From positions 368,832-432,831 of the forward strand of contig ML992506.1 of the NCBI GenBank assembly GCA_010093995.1: a stretch of DNA of 64,000 nucleotides, in the 5' to 3' direction. The notes under the pieces are model-generated. The model searched no databases and was not told the origin of the DNA. It saw nothing but the letters and a program-made list of their open reading frames with translations. Made by a program: the position numbers and the translations under genes. Every line of letters begins with the position of its first letter. Position 1 is the stretch's first letter. Source of the stretch: Elsinoe ampelina. Its lineage: Eukaryota. Shown here piece by piece: positions 26,021-39,998 of this stretch.

Positions 26021-29000
26021 TCACCACCCTCCGTTCCTTCCAACCGTCCTCATGACCGTTCCAATGTACTCCTTAAGCACATAATTGTGGCCAAGCACGA
26101 AGAATAGTCTCTCCTTGACGTGACCAAAGACACTGCGTAGCAGCTTCGCCTTATTGCTGTTCACGTCAATCTTCTCCAGAGGTGCATCCGAGGGACCGTC
26201 GTCGTCCTCTCCAGTCTCCAGGTCTTCCGGCTCGACATCTCCTTCCTCGTCGATACCTGCTGGACCAGACACGAGCTTCAACAGCTCATCCGTCAGCCCG
26301 CCCGCTTCTGGTAATTTGGCCAGCCCACGAGCGATGTTTCCAAGACACAAAGCTGCCCCAAGAGGGACGCCGCAAGGTTCTCGTAAGCTCTCCTCCACAC
26401 TTGTACTCAACCATTGATGTTGCGACTCTGGTGGCTTGTCCTTGTCCGAGGTTTTTTGACTCTTTGTCAATTGCTGGTCAGGTAGATGTGTCTCAATGTG
26501 ACGCGCAAAGAAGATCCATTGAGACTTGTTGGGAAATTGGTCTTGCGCTTGATGCTTGCATGAAGCCCATGCACATTGTCCAGGTGGCGCGCCCGACTTA
26601 TGGTCAAAGTCAAGGAGTGTCAGAGTCGATCTCTTCGCGGTTGCATCTGTGACAGGTGGAGTGGGACCTTTCCTGGGCACGTCAAGATGATGTTGCAGGA
26701 TGTGGTCCAGCAGACTTGGTCCGCTTGGGTAGAATTGTCCACACTCGAGAGTCTGAGCATAAGCGAAGATGCTTGAAGTTTGTTCTTCGTCCGGTTTCTT
26801 TTGAGCATGCCATTGGCATCGGATGAGCTCTCGTCCTCGATAATCCACCGGCGTTATTCGCGGCTTGATGCCTCGTATGACATACTTGTTCTGCCCGGCA
26901 ACTTGAGCCGATGCTCCATTGAAGGTATTCGAGACGTTCTTGATAAAATCTCCAGCGATGAGATGAGGATGAGTGATGTTGTGTTTGAGGAAAGTGCCTT
27001 GGTACGACTTCCAAAGATCGATCTGAGTCATTTCTGCTGTCGGATCGTCTTCGAAGCACATGCGAAGCCTGTTCAATGATCAGCGGTTAGTCAACGTCAA
27101 TTGTCGTAGAACTCACCAGTGCGAGCTTCGCTCAGGCTCATTGTAGCGCAGAAGCTCTTCGATCAGACCCGGAGCCAAACGAGGCACAAGTGTAGGTATC
27201 GATTCTGGCTCGTCGGCTGGCTGCTGTTGGCGGCGAGACACAAATGGTGACTCCTGGGCATCGAAAAGCAGTAGTCTCGTAAGTTGAGTAATGAGTATGC
27301 GAGTATCCACCGATTTCAGCAGGACTTCGACATTGTCGTGTACAGATGAGAATTGGTAGAGAAAGTCGAGGCATGCGGATCGCATCTCCTCGTCTTCTAG
27401 ATTGAGCCAGGCGGCGACCGTTTGGAGAATGCTCTTCGGGACATGCTCAAGCCGTTTGTTCTCTCGCAGGTGCATCCCTATACGAGCAGTCGTTCGAAGT
27501 GCTGTGACAATCTTTCCCCGATCATCACTCTGGATCTGACTGAGGAGAGTCCGGTATAGGGCGTCTTTGCAGTCGATCTGTGAATAGACCGAGATCTGCT
27601 CCATAATCTCCAGGACGTAAAGCTGGACTTCATTTAGCGATGGATGATCCAAAGTGAGAACAATGCTGGCCAGATCTTTCATCGTAGGGAGTTTGGAGAC
27701 GTAGTGCGCATTTTCGTTGAGCATGACCATGTTGCGGATGATGAGTGCTGCTTCACTGATCCGGGAAAGCTCGTCAAAGTATTCCGCATTCTGAACAGAA
27801 TCGTTGAGGTCAAGCGCAATATTGGCTCGCAGCTTGCTGATCACGTTGGACGTCCCATAAAGACCGTCCAATACATCCTCACCATCGCTTGGAGCTCCAG
27901 TGTAGTTGATATTCCACTGGACATTGTGAAAGAGACCAGAGAGCCGTAGCACTTTGCTGATAAGGGCTTCTGCAAGACCTGGGAACTGATCGAAGCGGTA
28001 CTTGTCTCCTCTCTCGTATGTCATCTTGACGAGGTGATGTAATGCGTATCTCTCTTCGTCCGGGATTCCTGACTGAAGAGCCAATTGTGCGCGCACATAG
28101 ATGTTGGGTCCAATAAACCCAGTGCCAGGTAGCAGAACACCCTTGAAGCGCTTGATGAAATGTGGGACCGCAGCATCTTCGAGTTGTTTGCGCTTGTGAG
28201 CATAGTGCTCGGGATTGTTGGAAGGAGTCACAACAGGTCGCAAGGTCAGTGGTGGTTGTGGACGTGGTTCGTAATTTGCGAGTGTGGTGTTCGTGCCGTA
28301 CAAGTTTGGATGTGATAGTCCATTGAGGTTGCTGATGCCAGGTGATGGTGAAGCTCCCTGAGTTGTTCCGGACCGTGACTGGCGAGAGGAGTTCATGTCA
28401 GGTTGGAAGAGCACTCGTTGAGGTGGCGCATGGCGCAGACCTTGGAACGTTAGAAACATGGATGCGACACCCTGACCGCATGAAAGTTTGTGAGGTAGAA
28501 TGATTGGTGAAAGTGGGGGCAAACAAGGTGGATGACGGGGACAGACAAAAACGAACCTCTCGACGATCTTCCTGTCGCGTTTCCGTCATCGGCATTCGGC
28601 GACTTGCTCTCATCACCACTGTCACTCTCTTCACCGTTTGCTAGCTTTTCAGTCTCTCTGTTTGGTCTTCGCTCAAAGTTCTCCAATGTCCTGCCTCTAA
28701 TGTTTCCCCCTTTTGCGGTCAAATCTTCCAGAATCTCTCTTGGAGGAGGATCCTCTTTCCAGTGATCAGATATTTCGAAAGCCCTGGAATCATCAGCATG
28801 TGACATGACTGGCCATGTCGTTGTCCTTACGCAAGGTTCTTGTAGTATGCGCTCTTGACCTGGAAGGCTTGCGCTGCAATATGCGGACCTTTCCCAATGA
28901 ATTCTTCTGCCAATTTTCTCCACATAAGCGGTCGCTGTTTTGTGTCCGATACCAAATCATAGCCGCCTTCGCCAATGATGCGATTGTAGATGGTGAGCAG

Positions 29001-29207
29001 ATTGAGATGTCGCGAGCCGACTTTGGGTTCTGCTTCGAAAGTAGTTCTGTCGCTTCGTCAATGGTGTACCTCGTGCCTTTGAATGCATGCTGACCCTCGC
29101 TTTTCATGATACTCCTCCAGCTTCTTGATGAATTCGTCGTACTCTGGGGTGTGCTCTATCGAAGACTCTCGGTCGAAGCGACCCATCTTTGGCCCTTTCG
29201 GCGCCAT
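26021..29207 (-). CDS. RSC9: RSC chromatin-remodelling subunit Rsc9 (ARID, ARM-like and RFX-like domains)
   Basis: Starts MAPKGPK..IEHTPEYDEFI. ARID exons, GPNIYVRAQLALQSG, LVKMTYERGDKY, WLRMCFEDDP and AGDFIKNVSNTF are present. Multiple introns. Confidence 0.88.
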
Positions 29208-29838
29208 TGCGTCGTCGGTCGCTGACTTGGCAGCTTCACAGAAGTCAGTCGTCCCTGATCAGTCCATGGTCCTCGTGTCGCGTTCGAGCAAGGGAGGTCG
29301 AAATGCGACCAGCAACAATGAAGTTCTGGCGTTTGCGCGAAGTCGAAGCTGTCACTCGCAGCGAAGCGCGTCTGGAGTTGAAGATCTACAAATGGCAATT
29401 TTAGCGGCGGATAAAGCCGCGGCCAAGAATATCGAGCCTAGCGTTGGCCTCATACACGCTTCATTCTCACACGTCGGGAACACAACTTGCATCCGATGTT
29501 GCCAGTCGAGAGCAAGAGCCGAACTTTGAGAACATTCCGCGCGACTTGCTTGCTCAATCTGAGACCACTTCATGTCCCCAGCGCTCACATCTCTATCAGT
29601 GCATGAGATGTTGCAGGCCTTGCAGCTATGTATGGTATGCTATGTCGCATGTTCTTGCCTTTCACGCGACTGCATTCGTATGTGTGCTCTGAGGTGTAGA
29701 GCAGAGCACAATTCCATCAGTTGGCGGGCTCCACGCGCATGCCGCAGTGCTGCGGTCAAATGAAAGTCAAGCCGACTCTTGGACGAACACAACGCGCTTC
29801 ACCTCTGCTCCTTTCTATGACACACTACCTTCGTCGCC

Positions 29839-31271
29839 ATGTCTTCACATGGGCTTAAGAAGTATTCGGCAGGTAGCACCACTGAAACGTCGTTCAATAA
29901 GAGAGATTTCACCCATCTCACAGACAATGAGCTAAGCCTCGTGTATGGAGGGTCCTCATCTGAACGGCTCACCGTCATCCAGCGTTCGAAGATCTGGGTC
30001 AGTTCAGCTCTGTCACTGAGCCCAAGCTTACTCTGCTAAACTTATTGCAGCTAGACATACCAATACGAGCTCTTGTACAAGCATCACTTCGACAGAAAGA
30101 TGACTCCCAGGCGTACACATACAGCCGTGAGCAGCTATCCATATTTGCCATTTCCAAGGCTTCGCAACTAGCTCTCCAATTCCGCCTTCCAGAGCAGCCT
30201 GGCGTGGTATGAAAGGACGTTGGCCATGCTGTACAAAGCGCTAAATGATATCAGAAGCATCGGATTCAGGCTACATTCAAGAATGAGGCAGATGCATACC
30301 TAGTCACCCGTCAACTTCTTGAAGCCGGTATGGAAGTGGACGACAGGAACACTCAATCTCTTCCTGACTTATCTCGTTCACGTCCGTTGATAAGTCCGAC
30401 GATTGGCTCCGTCAGCGATTCAATGCCAACGACCACACCGGGCTATCAGCCGAGACCTTCCACAGCACAGAGCAACAGTAGCATACTGTTCAGTAGCAGC
30501 TCCACATCTCCAGTGCTCGCTCAAAGCGGTGACCGATGCCATTACAGCTTCGGTACTCTTAACACAAGTGGAAGGGAACCGTACACAGCTACACTGTCAC
30601 CAAGCCCAAGGGTGTCCATGCCACCTCCACCAACCACTTCCTCCCCTACTCTGAGCTTCAAATCCACTCACTCCTCTTCAAGCCTCACGAATCTCATTCC
30701 CTCCAGGCGGTCGCTCCCAGCCGGCTTCCCACCACCTTCAAATTCACCAACATCATCCAGTCACTTCCCACCTCCGCAAGGCTCCACATACCGATCGCCT
30801 GCGCCAACCAGCTCAACACGAGTGACTCGCAGCTCGAGTCAATCCAGCCGCATCACTTCCCCTCCTCGACCACTTTCCGCAGCCATCGCGGCTCCAGCAG
30901 CGACCATACAATCCCGGCCTCTCATCCTGGACGAACGCACGACGCTTATTCCGCCTTCTGCAAATGACTACAGACCGACCAACGTCTTTCCTACTCCTCT
31001 CGCGACCAGTCCAGAGACCACCCTGCCACATCTCACTTCCAGTTATCATCGCCCAGACAATGACACGAACCCTACAGTCAGCAGACTGGAAGAACTAGCG
31101 AAAAGCCAGGGCATGAACCATGAGCAGCTTGGACTGTACGCAGCGCAACCTCAAGGGCAGCGACAGAATGTTTTGGACGCCATGATCGTAGAGAATCTGC
31201 AGAACGAAGACTTCAAGCAGCTTTGCAGAGATGTGGATGCTTGTTGGAGGAGGGTGGCACTTGGGTTGTAG
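29839..31271 (+). CDS. REC114: Rec114-like meiotic double-strand-break protein
   Basis: Introns at 29998-30050 and 30207-30254 join in frame. The product has a PH-like N-terminus (LKKYS.., SIFAISKASQLALQF, HRIQATF), an S/P/T-rich linker and a C-terminal helix LQNEDFKQLCRDVDACWRRVALGL. Confidence 0.7.
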
Positions 31272-31578
31272 AGCAAGCCCCGGAACGCGTTGCTGAACGG
31301 TGTCGTCGAGAGTGTAGAGAACAATCGCGATAGTACCCTGCAGATGGTCAAGACGAGAGCAGTCATTCATGTTCATATTGCTGGGACGACAAGAGCGGGA
31401 GGGGAAACGGAGGACAAATGGCTTAGGTTATTAATATTCTGTATACTGTGTATACCCGCATGCATGAATCCTGTCCTGTAGTCATGATCACATTACCCCA
31501 ACCCCGTCTCCAGATCCCCCTTTCTACCAACCCAATCCAACAACGAACACCTACATCCCCTCACCCTGCCCCACCACA

Positions 31579-33901
31579 TCAAGTCATAAACCTCCCCTGC
31601 CCCAAAGCCGTCAAATACCCATACATAGTCAACCTGGTCGGATCAAACCTCTTCCTGCCCCCCCTCTCCTCGGGCGCCGTAGCAGCCACATTCCCCTCCC
31701 CGATCCCCGGCGTATCAACCCCATTCACCTCCCCGACCGCAACGGGCATGGCCTCACCCCCGACCCTCTCCCTCTTCTCCCTCACCAGTTCCCGAATCGC
31801 ACTGTCCCACCCCGTGGAATCCGACGGGTGCCCCGCGAGGCCCCTCCCGCCGCCCAGCGCTTCGGCGAGCGACTCCAGCCCCCTGACGGCGTCGGCGCGT
31901 GTCCGCGGCACGTCCGCGAGCTCGCACAGCGTCATGGCGGAAAGGGCGGCGAAGTGGTGGTTCAACGGCGTGATTGGGGTTTGGCGCTGGTTGAGGACGG
32001 TGGCGACCTTGAGGGCGTGGCCGATGAGTTCGGTGGGTTCGGAGGTGGGGTTGAGGCGTTTGATGAGGAGGTGGCTGTGGTGGTAGGAGAGGTGGACGAG
32101 GTTGAGGCTGCCCCAGACTGATTCGACGGATTCGCGGAAGCGGTCGATTTCGCCGGCTAGAGTCAGGCCGAGGAGGCGGGAGGCTGGGTTGGAGGGCGCC
32201 ATGACGTTTGTTTCGGGGGTTTTGGTCGTGGTGAGGATGGAGGCGAGGTGGCCTATGATGAAGGAGAGGCGGGCGAGGTGGTAGGTGGATTCGCCCAGGA
32301 GTATTTGGTCTTCAGGGAGGAGGACGACGGAGTTTTCGGGGAGTTTGAGGAGGTCAGCTGTGGAGGAGGCGTGCCATCTGTCGAGGATGAAGAGGACCCA
32401 CCAGACTCGGCGGGCTAGTCGTTCTTCGCTGTCGGGGTCACCTTCGGTAGCGAAGCTCTCGCGTGGGCGGATGAGGTTGATCTCGAGTTGGCCGGCAACT
32501 CCTGCTGCTCGTCCAAGCCATTCGGCACGTGAAGGGCCGCCTTGACCTCGCATATTGGCAGGACCATGATTGTCGGACTCCAATGCCATGAGGAGGAGGG
32601 TCTGAAGGTAGACCAGGTTTGTACCTGGAGTGTGACTGGCAGGGTTGTCGAAGGGATAGCCTGCGATAAGCTCTGCAGCACGCTTCATATTTGATGCATA
32701 AGACTGCGTGGCTCGGAGGCTGGATGATGGGAATGTTCGCATCATGCAGCCCAGAACTGTCACGAATGCTTCCCGAAGTCCAGGCGGACATGCGGACAGT
32801 CGTATTCGAAGGTTATTCTTCGAGTGTGGTAGAAGCGGAAAAGTCTGGTGTATATTTCGATAGTATTCGTCCACGACCTCATCGTCCCAATCTGAGATGG
32901 CAGGTGCATCGACAGCGGTGTTGTCGTAAGAACTGCTGAAGGTCTCCCTCCTTGGGGGATCTGCGCCATACTTGAAGAACGGTTGCAGCTGTCTGCCTTG
33001 ACTTTGAGGTTGACCGTCCTGTGCTCGCCCCGGTGTGACCTGCCCTGAAGGTGATTGTGGGTATGGCCCTGCAAGATCTTGAAGTTGAGCCGCGAGATTG
33101 CTATCCCTCATCTGTGGCTCGATGTTTGTCTGGTCAACCATCTCGTATGGTCTCTTCTGTCCTGCGAGTTGCACAGTGGGCGACGTTTGAGGCTGAGGTA
33201 TTGATGGTGGTTGTGGTGTGCCTGGTCCTTCAGACAGGGATATAGGTCTATCGGGACCATTGTAAGGCGGGTCATTCTGTGTATTCGCTATGCGCATAGT
33301 ATGCTGCTCGAGGTCTTTCAGACGATCCGCAAGCTCTTTGATATATCCCTTGCTCGGCCCCCTCTTCAACTGTTGACGAGCGAATGTGCATATCAGTCGT
33401 GTCCGCTTGCAATTTGAGCAAGGTTCTGTTCCTTGGTCGTTGGCAGCGTCGCAACGAATCTAGAGACTTGATCAGCCTGGCCGTCCAGACCATCATTTTT
33501 CCAGAGAACCATACCTTTTTCCGCCGGCACTCGTCACACGCTTTCGATGTCTTGACTCTCGTGTCTTTACGCCTGTGTGTGCCATCGGGTCCAATCTCGT
33601 CTGGGCTGCCTTGGTGCAAGCCGAGGTTGTTTGGTCCTCCATCTGAAATCTGCTGATTGTTGAAGTTCAATAGTGCCTCATCCAAATTGGCCAGTCCTTG
33701 ATGTTGCTGCTGCTGTGCAGTAATTGGTGCCAAACTACGTGCCAAATCTGCGCGCAAATCAAGGTCATCGGGGATCTCGTTCTGTGTGATCTCTTGCTGC
33801 GTCAATTGTCCGTGGTCGATAAGTTGCGGTTGGTCGTAGAAGGGGCCATTCGAGGCAGCGTGCGCCTCATCTGGTGACGGATAATTTCGCTTTTCAGCCA
33901 T
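31579..33901 (-). CDS. Zn(II)2Cys6 transcription factor (Rgt1-like zinc cluster plus Fungal_trans domain)
   Basis: CDECRRKK|IRCDAANDQGTEPCSNCKRTRLIC..KRGPSKGY is restored by an intron at 33460-33514. RRVWWVLFILDRW middle homology region. Confidence 0.92.
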
Positions 33902-33925
33902 TTTCGCAGCCTCCAAATATTCGTC

Positions 33926-33964
33926 CTAAGAGTGGAAGTCGTCTATGGAAGGGTAATCGTCCAT
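33926..33964 (-). promoter_or_regulatory. candidate upstream ORF (MDDYPSIDDFHS*) in frame with the Zn2Cys6 TF
   Basis: GCCCACCATGG start context, 12 codons, TAG, then 8 codons to the main ATG at 33901. Confidence 0.5.
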
Positions 33965-35316
33965 GGTGGGCAGAGTCGCGCTGGCTAAATCGATGTAAGA
34001 GGTAGAAAAGCGGACGATCCATAATTGGAAAGTAGTGCGGGATGAAGAGAAGTCACAGCGACGACGACATCGACGGTGAAATAACCTTGACCTACCTCGA
34101 AAACCGCATTAGTGAAGATGTATGCTCATCCAAAGACCATCTGAGCTGTTCCTGCATGAATGAGGTCCAGTCTCTACGGATCATTGGTTTCGCCGAATGC
34201 CTCGTGGAATGCGACAGGTAGACAAGATCTCTACTACCGCCGACCAGCACTTTTACATATCAAGCAAGTCTCTCTAGCCATTATCGATTACTATCAGAGC
34301 TCGTTCGATCAGGTTAACCGTCGACGATGATTAGTCTGAACTGCAGGTCTTGTAGGATCGTTCGCACAAGACGTGCTCTGCAACAACAAGATCACTGAGC
34401 AACACCTGTGTGGTCGTCATGCTTATCGAACGAGGCGCTCTGTGTTAGCGAGACGATTCTTCTTGCACGCCGTCACGACCCAAGATGCACTGCCGTATGA
34501 TCATCGCCGACAAGACGGACGGATATCTCTGCACTAGAGAGCAAACTACCAGCTCATGATTACTTCAGCAACATGGACTATCGATCGACCATGTCCATGA
34601 ATCTCGTTGGCGCTTATGACCTGACTTGCAGATATGATTCAGATTGGAGTCGGTAGGTAGAGAGCTACAAGGATGTTCCCAACATGAGACAGCATCGATG
34701 CAGACTACAGGCGACCAACACGTCGATCATACAGGAGATGCGGCTCCTGCATGGACACTATGGTTCCCACCGGACCTGTCTTGGCCGCAGCATGTCAGGT
34801 TCACGTCACATCTTGATGAGGATCAACAAAGCAGTGATAAACAGGCTCACTCATCTTCAATCAAGCCAAGCCATGGTGGACCTTGCAGGATAGCTTGAGT
34901 CCGCCTCCACCACCTCCACGTAACCTTGGCAGCGCCAGCAGCGCGTTTCATCTTTCCTGATCCCTGGTCTTTCTGTGACCAGCCAATGTACGGCGACTCG
35001 TCTTGCTCAGCCAAAAGCTCGTTCACTTGTTGAAATCGTCGAGAAACATCCATGAACTCTCCACTTTTCGCAGACCGTGATCCATCAATCCTGTGCTTTG
35101 ACAAGCACGAGTCTGCTCTGTTTCACGTACAGCTTCAACAAAGAGTAAGCGAATAGTCTTGGGCAAGTCCTGTCTCTGTATAAATCACTGTCCCTCTCCA
35201 TTCCCTTCTCCATCCCTCAAGAGCTGCGCTCCCAACACGATCAATAACTTCTTTCGTTCACTTTCAAGTCATTCCTTTCACCTCCACTCCAATCAACTAC
35301 CAGAAGACCACCAACC

Positions 35317-36118
35317 ATGCATCCAACCCTCCTCATCCTCCTGGCTACAGCCGTCACCGCCTCTCCCACCCATCGCCACATCCGCCGCGCCTTCTCCTTC
35401 AACATCCCCTCCTCCACCGGCGTCGTCGACTACGCCGCCCCACAACAAATCACCGGCACCTTCGACGGCGGCCTCAAGACCTACGGCCGCAGCAACGTCG
35501 ACTGCTCCGGACAATCCGAAGGCGGCGAGGACGCCACCGTCTTCATCCTCGCCAGCGGCGCCACCCTCAAGAACGCCATCATCGGCGAAAACCAAGCCGA
35601 AGGCGTCTACTGCGAAGGCAGCTGCACAATCGAGAGTACATCCCCGTCCCCAATCCCCCCTGCCACTCCTTCCCCTCTCCCCGTCCAGCACTAACCCTCC
35701 CCTCCCAGACGTCTGGTGGACCAAAGTCTGCGAAGACGCCCTCTCGGCCAAAGGCGACGGCAACGTCCTCGTGCGCGGCGGCGGCGCGCGCGGCGCCTCG
35801 GACAAAGTGATCCAACACAACGGCTTCGGCACCGTGACGCTGGACGGGTTCAAAGTGCAGGACTTTGGCGCCTTGTACCGTTCGTGCGGCAACTGTGACG
35901 GCAACGGGGAGGCGAGGAATGTTGTGCTGCGGAACGTGCAGGCGAGCGGCGGGGATAGGTTGGTGGGGATTAATACGAACTTTGGGGATAAGGCGACGAT
36001 TACTGGGACGTGTGCGACGGATGTTGAGGAGGTGTGTTTGGCGTATGAGGGGACGACGGGTGGGGGGGAGCCGACGGAGATTGGGAGTTGTGCGAATTCC
36101 ACGTTGCCGGCTTGTTAG
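35317..36118 (+). CDS. secreted pectate lyase, polysaccharide lyase family 3
   Basis: Signal peptide, [39 protein letters not shown] and LYRSCGNC. Intron at 35636-35708. Confidence 0.95.
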
Positions 36119-36503
36119 AGGGGGATGGAATGGGGATGATGTCGTGTTAGGTAATGTGGACGTGGAGGATAGTCACTCCTTTGGCATAGCGGTGGTGAGC
36201 TTCGCTGGGCTGGATCCGGCGGCTTGGTTTGGTCGTGTGTAGTTGTCAATGCATTTTGCACGGCCGATGTTACTCCTTACTCCTACCAGACGGTGACGTG
36301 GCGCTCGTTTCATTTGGTACAAGGTTCACTCGGGGGTCGGCAGATGTACGGATGCGTTGCCAGTGTAGTCAAGTATCAAGGCTGTTCCGTAGTAGGCTGG
36401 GCTTCTCGACAATGTGCCATTCCCAAACATATAACCGTGTTGAAACCCTTGTCATTCGCATCGCTGCATGTACAATCATGATTCGTAACCCCAAGTACCA
36501 CGA

Positions 36504-39425
36504 TCAAACAGCCGCACTGCTATCCAACTCGCTGGAAAGCTTCGCGAGATCCTTCTCGTACGCCACGGCCAACTCTCTCAACACCCATCCAATCCTCGGC
36601 GTCACTGTAATAAATTAGCACACATCTCACACACCAGAAGAGTTGACCACTCACCTCCCCAAACCCAGGTATCATCATAAAAGCTCGCCCACAACCTCGC
36701 CATCTCCCCAGCCATACTCACGACCCTCTTCCCCCCCTCCAAATCCACACAAGCATCCCTCAACAACCTCCTCAACTTATCCACCATCACCGCCTCCTCC
36801 TCCTCCAACCCCCCTCCCACCCCCCTCTCACTCCTCATCCCCACCTGCTCCAACTTATGCGCCCACTTGGTAAACAACAACACCGTATCCCACCCAGCGA
36901 TCGCATGCTCAATACTCCACGTCAACGCCGCCGTCTTCTGCGTGAGCAACATGCCCGCCTTGATCGGGGTGCAGAACCCCTCGAACACGGTCCCCATGAC
37001 CTTATTCCAGTACGAGCCCCGCGACTGCGGCGCGCAGACGTAGTCCTCGATCATGCGGCCGACCAGCTTCCCGTCCGCGCTGAGGAGGACGACGCGGTTG
37101 AGCGAGCCCATGCCGGTGAGGGAGCGGGCGTAGGCGATGCGCAGGAGGGCCGCGCAGTTGAACAGGAGAGGTCCGTCGTAGTCGCTCCAGGTGGTCTCGC
37201 CTTCCGAGTTGGAGCGGGTGATCATGGTTCTGCACCGCGAGAGGCTGTTCTCGAGGTGCCGGAAGGAGCGCACGCGGATGTAGTCGTAGCCGAAGGTGGC
37301 GCTGGAGGGGTCGGGGACCGAGGAGATGACGGTGGCGAGCGTTTTGCCTTCTTCGTAGAGGTGCACGCATTGGATCCCGTTCCACATCTGGACGGAGATG
37401 GCGTGCATGGCGATCGTGGCGATGAGGGGGGACCAGTCGGTGAAGAGGGAGCCGTTGGCTGCGGTTTCGCCGTGCATGAGTTGGACGACGGCGTCGCGCA
37501 TGGTGAAGCGTGGGCGGGGTTTGCGGACGACCATGCGGAGGCGCCATTGGTCGCGGGTTGGGGCGTTCCAGAGGGCTTCGTCGTCGGGCATGTCGACTTC
37601 ACCGTCTTGGAGGATGGAGAGAGCGGGTGGGATGCCGTAGGTGATGGTAAGGAGATTGGAGAGGACAAAGGTGGCGTAAAGGATCCGTTTGGAGGATTCT
37701 AGCTCGATCCAGTCATGCCAGTTTTGACTGTCGGAGGCAGTTTGTCGTTGATGGGAGAGAGCTGCGGCACGGAAACGATAATCCATGGTCAGTTGTGGGA
37801 GGAGATCGAGGCCTTTACGGACTGCTTTAGGATCGCCACTGAAAGTTGAGAAGAAGATGATCAGATGCTGTGTCTGTGCCACCCATAGAGGATGGTAGTC
37901 AACATTTGAGATGCTGCTAGATTTGGGCTTGACCCAGCCTAGATTCATCTTCAAAGCTTGGTTGGCCAGAGTGCGTTCTAGTGCTTTCGAAGCTCGATCG
38001 AAGAGATCACCGGCGATATTGCGTTCCAGCCGATAAAGAGATCCAATAGCACACATAGCCAACAGTAGAGGAGAAGGACATTTGTTCACCTTGAATGTTC
38101 GAAGATGCAGGAAAGGCATATGGACATGACAGCAATCCAGATACGCCCTCAGACACTTTTCCAATATGACCTCGGATGGTAATTCTGCGTTATGGCCTGG
38201 ACCCAGACGTGTAGCCAAATCATGTATCAACGTCGAACGAGTCTGCGGCGTGATTCGTATGGGAGGTGCCTTTGCTGAAGGATGTTTCTGAATATTAGGA
38301 AGTGATGCCTCCATCTGATTTGTTGATGTGGTTTCGATGGAGTCTCTCCGCGTTCGATCCGTCGATGTTGTTGATTGCGCGGGGCGTGTTTCCAACGTTT
38401 GAGTCCGTACAGATGGGGGAGCTTTTACGTGTGATTGATTGTCGACCGGCAATGGTGACGGTGTGAAGACTAGTGCTTCATGGGATCCTCCCATTGGTGT
38501 TTGACTTGCCATCGACTGTGCCATGACGTCCTGCTGTATGCTTGGTAGCATATCGAATATGTCCATACCATCGAAATTGAGATTTGCAAGACCCGAATCG
38601 TCAAAGGCATCTGTATGAAGAAAGTCGAAGCTGGTGTCATCCTCTTGTATATTAGATGTCGATTGTGGCGCTATCGTGGGTTGCTGTGTGGTCGTCATTG
38701 TTGGAGCAGGCATGGCATTGATCTCCTTGATTTCAGCTGCCACATTGTGCTCGTCCATCTCGTTGAACGCATCGATTCCGCTGAGTGTCATATTCGGGGC
38801 TTCTTGATCATTGGTTTCGAAAAAGTCTGCCACATTCGAAGACTCAGGGCTAGGGAAAACATCTGTGACTAGAGTACCCTTATGGCTCCCGGCGAAAGAG
38901 CCTCTCCGCGAACCAGCATCGGACGCTGCTGCTCTACTTGTCTTGCGGCGTTCTTGTAGACAGTCAGCTGGTTTGTAAAGCTTGGATATGATGTGTCCAC
39001 TCACTGGCTGGCTTCTCTCCATCGCCACTGGCTGGCGGACTCGGTTGCCCCGCCTCTGCCTGCAATGCTTGCTCATCGGCATGCAGTGTCCTCTCGTGCC
39101 GTACAACTAGATCTCTGTGTTTCGATTACGGACTGCGCGCGGGACCAGGGTTCAACAGACTCACTTGCGAGCATATCCTCGTGAACAGAAGCGACAGCTA
39201 TAAGGGCGTTCTTGGGTGTCTAGGTCGTGATTAGAAGATTTCGACAGCATGATCACTAGACCCAGCAACGAGCAAAGGAAGGTCAGGCATACGGATTCTC
39301 TCGTGACGAATGCGGTGTTCACTCCGCTTGAAAGCTCTCGAACAGATCTTGCAGACATGAGACCTCTCTTGAGAATCATCAGTGGGGGAGAGTGCGGAGA
39401 CTTCGGCGTCTGCTGCCATGATCAT
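36504..39425 (-). CDS. C2H2 zinc-finger plus Fungal_trans domain transcription factor
   Basis: CKICSRAFKRSEH..RHERIH TQERPYSCRFC..RHERTLH, HVHMPFLH and WIELESSKR. Four introns inferred (e.g. 38953-39004); the last exon is VTPRIGWVL. Confidence 0.9.
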
Positions 39426-39998
39426 GTTCGCCGAGATGTCGTTACGTGACCCTTGGAGGTGGTATGGTATAGAATTGAGAAGCAGAAGGGAACAAAGCTC
39501 CAAAATCAACTCCCAAGAATGACATGAGACATGACCAACGTGCGGTGCTCTCCATACTTTAGCCCTGAACGCCGCGTGCTTGACTCTAGGTCAACTCGTT
39601 TTCGCCGGTTGACCTGACAGAGCACAAGGAGGGGACCCCGGGATGACTGAGCCGAGCCCTCATCCTCCGCCTTTCTCCGCCAACTGGGGGGCTAGAAGGA
39701 CCAATAGGCGATTCAGAGTTTGCCATTTGAGACTGGTCGTGGTTGAAAACGAGTTTTTAGCTCGTGCAGCCAGATCACGGCAAACGCCTTGAACAAAGCT
39801 CCGGCGGTACCGATGGCCAAGGAGGATTGATGGGGAGAGAGACACTCCCCACACTCGTTTTCGGCATCAAATCTCTTTCTCCAAACGGGCCTGATCCGTT
39901 TCCCCACTCGAGGGAGCAGGACCAGAATGAAGGATATTGTCGGTGAAAGGAATTAAGCATTCATGGTGAGTCGTCAAGCAGTACTGGTCATTGCTAGT

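Noticed and set aside
35159..36118. 319-aa ORF read as one exon, and the 269-aa antisense ORF
   Set aside because: The real pectate lyase starts at 35317 in another frame and is spliced. The N-terminal part of this ORF is off-frame.
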